From positions 32,001-96,000 of the IMG/VR virus record IMGVR_UViG_3300021425_002093: DNA of 64,000 bases; one strand, written 5' to 3'. Below, piece after piece: positions 34,618-42,114 of the stretch. The notes under the pieces were generated by a model. That model had not been told where the DNA came from. It saw only the letters and a list, made by a program, of their open reading frames with translations, and ran no database searches. The translations under genes and the position numbers were made by a program. This DNA comes from a virus. Within the stretch, counting starts at the first letter, position 1. Each line of letters starts with the position of its first letter.

Positions 34618-36309
34618 TTAAGGGTTTGAGTCATCAACATAATCTACTGTAGTCCAGTAGGTCACATTACTTATATAACTTGTATCTTCTCCGTCAGTCT
34701 CTACTAGGTCCGCTGGATCATTCGGACGTGGATTCGCATTACCCGGTGCGCCAGGGCCAGTAGTATCGTAATCAGCTTCATATGTTTCGCTGTATCCATT
34801 GTTCAAAGCTTCAGCAAGTTCTTCAGCAGGAGTTGGCGCAACATACGTGTATGTACCAGTTCCGCCACTTCCACTTAGATCATTGGCCATGGCTACTAGT
34901 TTTGCATCTCGAAGAGCAAACTTTGCATCTTCAAGCTTTTCATCATTTTCCTGTATATCTAGAGTCTTTTGCTCTTCATACGCCTCGATGTCAGTTTCGA
35001 ATTGTTCGACCTGAGAATTAAATGACGAAATATTTGAATCAAATTCACTTTGATTGTATGTTATATTAACATAAGTTAGCTCACCTGTCAATTGCATTCT
35101 TTCAAATAGGCTCGAAAGAATCAATTCGTAGTCGATCCCAGAAAGTATCTTAGAGAAGAAACTTGCATCAACATAAAACGTAAAGTCATTTACAAACGGA
35201 GTGCCTGGTGCAGGTAAAGTCATTGTCCACTGATCTGATAGTACAGCGCTATCTTTCGCTAGATTAAACGTTACTGTGTTTCCACCAGTAAGACCTCGGA
35301 TTCCTATTTGCAAAGAAGGAAGTTCAGTAACGCTATTTGGATTTGTAGCGTTGTAGTCATCAACAGCTTGAGTGTAGTCGTTAACGGCTTGAGTGTACTG
35401 CTCAGACTTAAATTGAAGACTACTTAGATCTAAACCACTTTCGTTTTCAACTGGAGTAAGTTCAAACGATCCAGAAAAATCGAACTCCGCAGTGACACCT
35501 GATACTGCGCTATCGAGACCTTGCTGGCTTTCTGCTATTTGATATTGACTAACAGCGTTGTTAATCCTGTCAATATCGTTGTTCGTCAGCGTTACAGTAA
35601 CATCTTCGTCAGATGAAATATCTAATTGAGATACATCTGGTTGTGCTGGAATGTCTGCAGCATTTCCATACGGAAACGAGGCTATCTTTGCAGACGATCC
35701 AGATTGGATTTCTGTTATATCAAATTTACTTTGTGGATTAGAAAAAGTGACGAACGGAAGTTCGAAAAGAGTAAACTTTGCCAATAGACCGTTTATATCT
35801 CCCAATGGAGCAAGACTAGCAAACTGTATGGGGATGTTTGCTTGAGCGCTTATTGAGCCGTTAGAGCTATTAGATAGCAAATAGTTTGACGGATACTCAA
35901 TCACTCTTTGTATCGTCAACTCAGTATTTGTAATGTTTTGATTGTCGTTAACTGTGCCAGTATATGTAAGTCCTATGACGTAATTTCCACCTGGCGTTAA
36001 CGATGTAACTTCCCATCGACCGTCGAGGTTGGAATCTCCAACACCACTGATATCAATAAAATTATTGACTTCGAGACGATTAAAGAAATTGAGATAGTCT
36101 GCTGACGGGACTGGAGATACAGCATTGTTCCACTGTAGATTATCAGATCCAATAGTGTTAAGAACAACTCCATTAGAAACGAGCAAGCCCTTTTCATTAG
36201 AGTCGTCTAAAAATAGGTCGAAGTTATTTACGGGATCAAAAAAGATTCCGGAATCTAACTCAGAAAAAGCTTGCAGAATTTCTGTGGTTTCTGTAGTAAA
36301 CTGTGGCAT
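34618..36309 (-). CDS. divergent acidic paralog of sliding clamp gp45 with three large insertions
   Basis: Colinear similarity by eye to ORF 38963..39613 from N-terminus (QFTTETTEILQAFSELDSGIFF) to C-terminus (NVTYWTTV); late-promoter-like AATAAATA at 36339-36346. Confidence 0.7.
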   Translation of the reverse strand: MPQFTTETTEILQAFSELDSGIFFDPVNNFDLFLDDSNEKGLLVSNGVVLNTIGSDNLQWNNAVSPVPSADYLNFFNRLEVNNFIDISGVGDSNLDGRWEVTSLTPGGNYVIGLTYTGTVNDNQNITNTELTIQRVIEYPSNYLLSNSSNGSISAQANIPIQFASLAPLGDINGLLAKFTLFELPFVTFSNPQSKFDITEIQSGSSAKIASFPYGNAADIPAQPDVSQLDISSDEDVTVTLTNNDIDRINNAVSQYQIAESQQGLDSAVSGVTAEFDFSGSFELTPVENESGLDLSSLQFKSEQYTQAVNDYTQAVDDYNATNPNSVTELPSLQIGIRGLTGGNTVTFNLAKDSAVLSDQWTMTLPAPGTPFVNDFTFYVDASFFSKILSGIDYELILSSLFERMQLTGELTYVNITYNQSEFDSNISSFNSQVEQFETDIEAYEEQKTLDIQENDEKLEDAKFALRDAKLVAMANDLSGSGGTGTYTYVAPTPAEELAEALNNGYSETYEADYDTTGPGAPGNANPRPNDPADLVETDGEDTSYISNVTYWTTVDYVDDSNP

Positions 36310-36337
36310 GATCTACTCTATGACTAATTACACTGTA

Positions 36338-36988
36338 CTATTTATTACTTTTATTTGAGTGCTGATCAGCAAGCGCAAGTTGATCTTCAATCCACCTAGC
36401 ACATTCTTTAGCAGTCATTGTAGGACTGATAAGAGGCGTTCTATCGTCTTTTCCGATTCCACGAATGACAGATGCAGACAACATCATAGCACTAGCCATG
36501 ATCATACAGACCTGATGTAAGCCAGATCCGTCTTCAGCATCATCGTGATCTATGCCTCGCTCGAAGTCATCGATATGTCGTTTGAGGCTATCGATCATCT
36601 GTTGCCATGGAAGTCCCTTCTCCCAATTTCTAGACTCATACTTCTTAGCGCCGTATTCAAAAGATGCGGCTGCTGCAGCAAGTGCTTCTAGCGGAAGGAA
36701 TCTCATGTACGGGACACCGAGTGCTTCTCTTGTTCCGCCTACTTCAGCATCAATCTCAATGTCTTCTGTCATATCCAGCAAATGACTTTCTTGCATCAAG
36801 TCATCTATGTAAGAGGCTGGAGCGGGGTCTACTAGTTCACAGTCGGATGCTAAAATGAAATTGAGATAGCCGTCAGATGATCGACAAGAATACTCTCCAT
36901 TCTGCAAGTCAAATACTTCCCAGTTCTCACCAACCTTAGAAGAATACCATCTGGATCTATCAGGACATTGCGTTATCTTTACTATCAT
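36338..36988 (-). CDS. dATP/dGTP diphosphohydrolase-domain (DUF5664-like) protein with extra N-terminal domain
   Basis: LP.EAL......YGAKKY..RNWEKG.PW....DSL.RH......D.EDGSGL. Confidence 0.75.
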   Translation of the reverse strand: MIVKITQCPDRSRWYSSKVGENWEVFDLQNGEYSCRSSDGYLNFILASDCELVDPAPASYIDDLMQESHLLDMTEDIEIDAEVGGTREALGVPYMRFLPLEALAAAAASFEYGAKKYESRNWEKGLPWQQMIDSLKRHIDDFERGIDHDDAEDGSGLHQVCMIMASAMMLSASVIRGIGKDDRTPLISPTMTAKECARWIEDQLALADQHSNKSNK

Positions 36989-37221
36989 ATGCTCTTCAAC
37001 TTTATCATTAAACTATCGTCCGAATAGTTTCCAGTGTTACACCACTTTCGAAACGCATCGCACGATAAAAGGTTTGCTTTACATTCAGCGCTTCGCTCAC
37101 AAGGAATGCAGGGACACTCTCGTGCATTGCTCGGTCCGAGATTTTGCTCTTCAGAGGAAGAATACTCTCCCGGCATTCCCTTGCCGTTTAAAGCTTCAGC
37201 GTCATACCATAGTATATCCAT
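36985..37221 (-). CDS. small Cys-rich hypothetical protein
   Basis: CPCIPC...C...CDAFRKWC; AGGAG SD. Confidence 0.55.
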   Translation of the reverse strand: MDILWYDAEALNGKGMPGEYSSSEEQNLGPSNARECPCIPCERSAECKANLLSCDAFRKWCNTGNYSDDSLMIKLKSI

Positions 37222-37313
37222 AAACTACTCCTATTGTCAAGAATAAAAAGGATGGAACTCGCACCACATAGCAATTAGTAGCAATTTTCGAAAGTACATC
37301 ATTCCATCAAAAC

Positions 37314-37529
37314 TTAAACTTCGAGAATCACAAAATCCCCAAAGTATGAATCAAAAACTGAGATGAGATGATCATAATCACCATCCATCATCTCTTCTCG
37401 AATGGGTGTAAAGTCGAGACCCAGCTTATGACTAAGATCCCTAGCACACTGAATCAGTACAAAAGCATTTCCATTTGGCCCCGTCAGATCAATGACGATT
37501 GGGGAATTGATCTGCTTTTTACGGATCAT
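37314..37529 (-). CDS. conserved small phage protein
   Basis: IDLTGPNGNAFVL...EMMDGDYDHL...FD.YFG. Confidence 0.7.
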   Translation of the reverse strand: MIRKKQINSPIVIDLTGPNGNAFVLIQCARDLSHKLGLDFTPIREEMMDGDYDHLISVFDSYFGDFVILEV

Positions 37530-37831
37530 TACAAAGGCTCCTTACGCACTTCTTTAGTTAGATTCTCGACACGACCGTCAAAGTCAGTGAAACCCATCTC
37601 AAACGGAACGTGAATCTTGACACCTTCACGACTACCGTTGGTGTCATACTGACAGTGGATGGTGTAACCATCACAGATGTAGACTTCACGACCTTCTTCA
37701 ATCTCAACAAAGATCGGACCTTTCTTCTCAACCCAACCACTGACATAAGTGTCAGGACGATCAGGTATTGGCTCAAAGTCGTAAGCACGAATCAGATCGC
37801 CAATCTCAGCAACATTTTCAAACTTTAGCAT
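37529..37831 (-). CDS. hypothetical early protein
   Basis: GDLIRAYDFEP motif; AGGAGG SD. Confidence 0.7.
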   Translation of the reverse strand: MLKFENVAEIGDLIRAYDFEPIPDRPDTYVSGWVEKKGPIFVEIEEGREVYICDGYTIHCQYDTNGSREGVKIHVPFEMGFTDFDGRVENLTKEVRKEPL

Positions 37832-37839
37832 AGCACCTC

Positions 37840-38190
37840 CTAAGCAGGTAAAACATCAATGTCGATGTAGTGACTACAGTGAAAGTAGTCAATCATCGAG
37901 TCGCTCTCATCGAAGTAGTCATCACCGTACATAGCAGCCGTCAACTTCTTCAGCATCTCAACAACTTTAGGACAGTCATACTGATTTTGAAAATGATAAG
38001 GGTTGATTGAAATGCCCCATCTTTTCTGATATTCATCTTTGAACTCAAACATTCCAGCAACATCCTTCAGCTTGAGGACGAGTGTAGAGTGATGTCGAAC
38101 GCTCAGGCTGCCCTTCTGACCGTACTCTTTCAAGATCGCTTTGATCTTGGGTGCACGTTCTGCTTTTCGCTCTTGATTCATATAAGCCAT
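37840..38190 (-). CDS. conserved hypothetical early protein
   Basis: MAYMNQE.K...AP.IKA.LK.YG.KGSLSVRHHSTLV...SD.M.DYF. Confidence 0.75.
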   Translation of the reverse strand: MAYMNQERKAERAPKIKAILKEYGQKGSLSVRHHSTLVLKLKDVAGMFEFKDEYQKRWGISINPYHFQNQYDCPKVVEMLKKLTAAMYGDDYFDESDSMIDYFHCSHYIDIDVLPA

Positions 38191-38191
38191 A

Positions 38192-38455
38192 TTACTTCAC
38201 CTCTCCAAATGATTCCATCCAAGTCTCGGACATTTTCCAGTACAATCCAATGGGAGATCCGTTTACCGAGCGCCAGCCGGGCATACGGATTTCTTTGATG
38301 TTGTACCAGTCAGACGAATCGTCATCCCAGTTAATCAGAACTTGACGCTCCCACACGCCGGGGCACACACGTGTTCCCGCAATGACGCCAACAGAAGGTG
38401 GGATCATCGCACCCCAGTCCGCTTCTACTTGACGACCGATCACTGAATCTTGCAT
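38192..38455 (-). CDS. hypothetical early protein
   Basis: WGAMIP...G.I...GSPIGLY; first gene after a sigma70-like promoter. Confidence 0.65.
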   Translation of the reverse strand: MQDSVIGRQVEADWGAMIPPSVGVIAGTRVCPGVWERQVLINWDDDSSDWYNIKEIRMPGWRSVNGSPIGLYWKMSETWMESFGEVK

Positions 38456-38484
38456 ATCAATCTCTCATCTCAAATTACGGAGTA

Positions 38485-38513
38485 ATTATCTCATAGATTG
38501 GGGTAATTTGCAA
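38485..38513 (-). promoter_or_regulatory. sigma70-type early promoter
   Basis: TTGCAA-17 nt-GATAAT with TG extension; an inverted repeat lies just upstream. Confidence 0.55.
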
Positions 38514-38604
38514 GCTGTAAGCTATTGATTTATAACGTGTTTTATTTGTTAATAAAATCAATGACTTAGGAGTGAAAATATTGAACATTTTTTAGACTTT
38601 TTTG

Positions 38605-38904
38605 TTATTTGCCTATGTGTTCTATATTCTCTTTGGATATAACTTGATACGCTCCCTTGTTGTAAGCGGGAGCTACAGTATAGCCGGAGCTAATCTCAAG
38701 TTTTTCTTCACGAGAAAGCGAGGAATATTCCTCGTGGGAAGATTTGGAATCTGCTGAAGGATAGTATGGTGTTTCTCTATAGTACACTGGTTCAGCTTTC
38801 AGTTCTACGAACGGGGCTTTAGTTTTCCGAGCAGTTTTCCAGTGATTAGTTTTCTTCTTGCGTCCTGTTGATGTATGACGCATAGAACCATAGAGCATTC
38901 CCAT
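38605..38904 (-). CDS. conserved hypothetical basic protein
   Basis: GRKKK N-terminus; YTVAPAYNKGAYQVI. Confidence 0.7.
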   Translation of the reverse strand: MGMLYGSMRHTSTGRKKKTNHWKTARKTKAPFVELKAEPVYYRETPYYPSADSKSSHEEYSSLSREEKLEISSGYTVAPAYNKGAYQVISKENIEHIGK

Positions 38905-38931
38905 ATCTATCCTCCGCAGATTAATGACACA

Positions 38932-38960
38932 ATTCTAGCATAAGAAAAGCTAGTAGTCAA
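38932..38960 (-). promoter_or_regulatory. sigma70 promoter
   Basis: TTGACT-17 nt-TAGAAT with TG extension. Confidence 0.65.
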
Positions 38961-38962
38961 GG

Positions 38963-39613
38963 CTACCGAGATTCGATTGCGATCCAGTAGTTGACTCCAT
39001 TAGAACGGAAGTGTGCCATTCCCTTGGTCGAAAGGGCTACCTGGTAGTCTTGCTCCAGCAGTTTGAGATAGTCTGTTTTGATAATCATATCAAATGGCTC
39101 AAACGTTTCGTCGGGTGCGGAGATAATGCTGAAAGTATCCGCTGTAGAGTTTTTGCTATCGACGGCTGAAAGTAAGACACCTCGACCAGAACTAGAGAAA
39201 GAAATCTCAGGAAGTCCAAGGACAGCTGCAGCGTCTCGAACCTTCTTGATTTCTTCCCAAGTGATGTTGATGTCAGCAACAATATCAGGAACATTAATAT
39301 CCTTATCGGGTGGAGAAACAATCATGTTCTCTGAAGTGTACGTATACTTAACAGTACTCTTCGCATCACCGATGACAAACTGAGTTTCCTCAAGTGCAAT
39401 CTCCGGCTCATCAAACAAGGAAAGGGTTGCCAGAAAACGACCGAGATTGTATACGCCGACTGACTTCTCGAATGATTCGTCGATTTCGGCTGCAGCCATG
39501 ACTGTCTTCTGGGGCGAGATAGTTCTCAAGACACTTCCAGATCGAAACATAATACTGGGATTGATCTGAGAGAAATTTTTAAGTACTGAAATTGTATTGT
39601 CACTAAATTGCAT
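38963..39613 (-). CDS. gp45: sliding clamp
   Basis: MQFSDNTISVLKNFSQINPSI, YNLGRFL, YWIAIE; start set at MQF behind AAGGA. Confidence 0.94.
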   Translation of the reverse strand: MQFSDNTISVLKNFSQINPSIMFRSGSVLRTISPQKTVMAAAEIDESFEKSVGVYNLGRFLATLSLFDEPEIALEETQFVIGDAKSTVKYTYTSENMIVSPPDKDINVPDIVADINITWEEIKKVRDAAAVLGLPEISFSSSGRGVLLSAVDSKNSTADTFSIISAPDETFEPFDMIIKTDYLKLLEQDYQVALSTKGMAHFRSNGVNYWIAIESR

Positions 39614-39661
39614 AAGATATAATCCTTTTTTCAAGATTTAAAAGAGAGTTTATCACAAAAA

Positions 39662-40369
39662 TCACTTGATGGCAATAGCTCCGACAAATAAATGATTCTG
39701 CCAGAACGGTTGAATTTTGTCAAACCCAAATCCCGCCGTAGCGAGAGCAGATTGTATTTCTTTCCATGTCATTGGCTTCAACATATTTCGAAGAGTTTGT
39801 TCTTTGTCCAAAATGTCTTTGTCTGAGAAGTTTTCCCGCTTGTAATCGTAATATGTAAACGTCATCATTTCTTGTAGTCTTGGATCTTGAGCAACCGTTT
39901 TCTCAGCAAAGATAAACGCACCATTCTTGTTCAGTGAATTGTAAATCTTCTTGAGTACATCACGACGAGATGTGGGGGGCATGAATTGTAGGGTGAAGAT
40001 CGAAGTGATTAGATTTGCATTCACAAAATCATAGTTGCGAATGTCGCCAATATGAAACTCAACCTTTCCTTCGACACCACCAAACTCTTCACGCATTTGC
40101 TTTTCACGTTCGTCGAGAGCAGGAATAAATCCATCAGCATACTCAATTCCCACGTATGTTGCGTTGGGAGCAAATTCGTTGTTTTGTCTCATCATCGCAT
40201 GAATAGTCTTGCCTGTTGAACAACCAAGATCAATTACGTTTGTATCGTCTTCAACAAAGTATCTACTAAGATTCACTATATCATCATGTAAAACACTATA
40301 GCCACGAATAGATTTGTCGATATGATCATCGAATCCTTCGTCTCTATGTGCAAAGGTAAAATCAGGCAT
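39662..40369 (-). CDS. cmoA: CmoA-like carboxy-S-adenosylmethionine synthase
   Basis: FTF...FDDHI.KSI.GY, DLGCSTG, GDIR, FTLQF, AEK, YKR match the recalled E. coli CmoA pattern (DWTF..FPDMIQRSVPGY, DLGCSLG, GDIR, NFTLQF, SEK, FKR). Confidence 0.85.
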   Translation of the reverse strand: MPDFTFAHRDEGFDDHIDKSIRGYSVLHDDIVNLSRYFVEDDTNVIDLGCSTGKTIHAMMRQNNEFAPNATYVGIEYADGFIPALDEREKQMREEFGGVEGKVEFHIGDIRNYDFVNANLITSIFTLQFMPPTSRRDVLKKIYNSLNKNGAFIFAEKTVAQDPRLQEMMTFTYYDYKRENFSDKDILDKEQTLRNMLKPMTWKEIQSALATAGFGFDKIQPFWQNHLFVGAIAIK

Positions 40370-40904
40370 TGTTCACTCTCCTCAGTTCATCATCTGTCCA
40401 GTTACCAAACTTCTTTGCTACTCGTAAGGGTATCTCTATAAACTTATCGTCTATCCATTCATTATTGAGATAAACTTTCTTTCGCTTCATTGTCCACATA
40501 TACTTTCTTTGCATTTCATCTGTACTCACGAGCGCTTTATCACCTTGCTTGTTAAGTGTACAACCTATGTAGGGTAGTCCCTCTTCTTTCCAGTACTTAA
40601 TCTTTCTTGCGAGTGCGTGACACCATCGATAGTTCTCAGGCCAGTCGGGATCCCACTTGATATAGTAATCGACTTCTATCAGACCGATCAACTCACCATT
40701 TTGCTTCACGCCGAGATCTACTTTGTAATCGCCAAGCGGGTCTTTGCATATCTTAGTGTTTGCTTCATCCGTGATATTAAACTGCGCTTTTATGTACTCT
40801 CGAAATTCATTATCTGTGTGAATCAGATTTACTAATGCGTCTCTCTGATAAGAATCATCATAGCAGTTTTCGCCATTATGCTCTCGTATTCGTTGACTAA
40901 GCAT
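40362..40904 (-). CDS. hypothetical protein, PD-(D/E)xK nuclease-like
   Basis: D...YKVDL...IEVDYYIKW...W.HALARKIKY; 8-nt overlaps with both neighbours. Confidence 0.5.
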   Translation of the reverse strand: MLSQRIREHNGENCYDDSYQRDALVNLIHTDNEFREYIKAQFNITDEANTKICKDPLGDYKVDLGVKQNGELIGLIEVDYYIKWDPDWPENYRWCHALARKIKYWKEEGLPYIGCTLNKQGDKALVSTDEMQRKYMWTMKRKKVYLNNEWIDDKFIEIPLRVAKKFGNWTDDELRRVNNA

Positions 40905-42114
40905 TGTAAGGCTTTATCACATTTTCATAGACGGACTTTGCAAGTTCAGCCATCATCTTAGGAGCAACCATTCGACCAATTCGCTCCGCTTTCTGATTGA
41001 AGGTTCCCGTCAGTTGATAGTCCTCGGGCAATCCCATCAATCTCTTGAGTTCTGGTATCGTAAACTTACGATTATAATCATAGTGAAACACTCCGGAAGT
41101 AGTCATCTGTTGACCTAACTGAGTTAGTGTTGGACAAGGATGATAGGGAGAAGGCCGTTTCATATTAAAACACGATCCTGTTGGATTCCAATCAGCGAAC
41201 TCAGGCTGACTTGGGTTCAGTGTCTTATGTGGTCGAAATGGTAAGTTCTCGATAAACTTTTTCTGATAGGTTCTTTGTACGTAGTCGAGCAACATTTGGA
41301 TCTCTTCTGGATCATTTTCAATACCAGATAGTGCGCTTTCCATAGGAATCTTATCAGAGGTTCTCTCTGGAAACACTCGATTCATCGTTAGCACATTCAT
41401 ATCAATTGAATCAAATACATCTTGTCGAATACAAACAAAGATGGTGCGCTCACGATTCTGTGCTGTGCCATAATCAGCCGCATTCATCACTTGATACGTA
41501 ACCTCGTATCCAATTTCTTCAAATGCATTGATAAACTCAACAAGCTTACCTTTTGCTTCGCCCATAGTGATTCCCTTAACGTTCTCAGCGATGATCACTT
41601 TTGGCTGAATATCTTTTGCAATCCGAACAAACTCTAAAAACAGATCTTCAATACCTTCTTGAACCTTGTTGTCTGAGTATTTCTTTACTCCATCCTGTAC
41701 GACTATCTCACCTTCGTGAACAATATCTCCATTCTCATCGAAGTAAGACTTGCGTGTGTCTTTTACGTAACCAGCCCAGCCTTTCTCACGCTTACCCGAA
41801 ACAGAAAACGCAGAACAAGGAGGCGATCCATCTAGGATATCAAGCTCACCCTTTTTAATATTTGCAAGAGAAAGAAAATCTTCTCCAGTATACTTCTTAA
41901 TATCATCAACTAGGATTTTCGTGTCAGTATAGTTTTGCTTGTATGACGCAATCGCTTCTTCAACAAACTCGTTGATTAAAAGAACTTTTCCACCAGCGAG
42001 ACGATATCCAGTGCTACTCCCACCGCCGCCAGCAAAACAACTAATGACACTAAATCTATTTTCGTTAGACGCATTGATTACATCCTCGACTGTATATGGC
42101 TTGTATTCATTCAT
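40897..42114 (-). CDS. DNA cytosine-C5 transferase (Dcm family), predicted carboxymethyltransferase
   Basis: Motif I CFAGGGGS, IV GSPPCSAFS, VI ENVKG, VIII QNRER, X ERIGRMVAP (Arg in place of the usual GNAV Asn). Confidence 0.88.
   Translation of the reverse strand: MNEYKPYTVEDVINASNENRFSVISCFAGGGGSSTGYRLAGGKVLLINEFVEEAIASYKQNYTDTKILVDDIKKYTGEDFLSLANIKKGELDILDGSPPCSAFSVSGKREKGWAGYVKDTRKSYFDENGDIVHEGEIVVQDGVKKYSDNKVQEGIEDLFLEFVRIAKDIQPKVIIAENVKGITMGEAKGKLVEFINAFEEIGYEVTYQVMNAADYGTAQNRERTIFVCIRQDVFDSIDMNVLTMNRVFPERTSDKIPMESALSGIENDPEEIQMLLDYVQRTYQKKFIENLPFRPHKTLNPSQPEFADWNPTGSCFNMKRPSPYHPCPTLTQLGQQMTTSGVFHYDYNRKFTIPELKRLMGLPEDYQLTGTFNQKAERIGRMVAPKMMAELAKSVYENVIKPYNA

Noticed and set aside
36338-36988. 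Evidence for a 2-aminoadenine (Z) genome
   Set aside because: A DUF5664-like domain alone is widespread; no PurZ is visible in this window.
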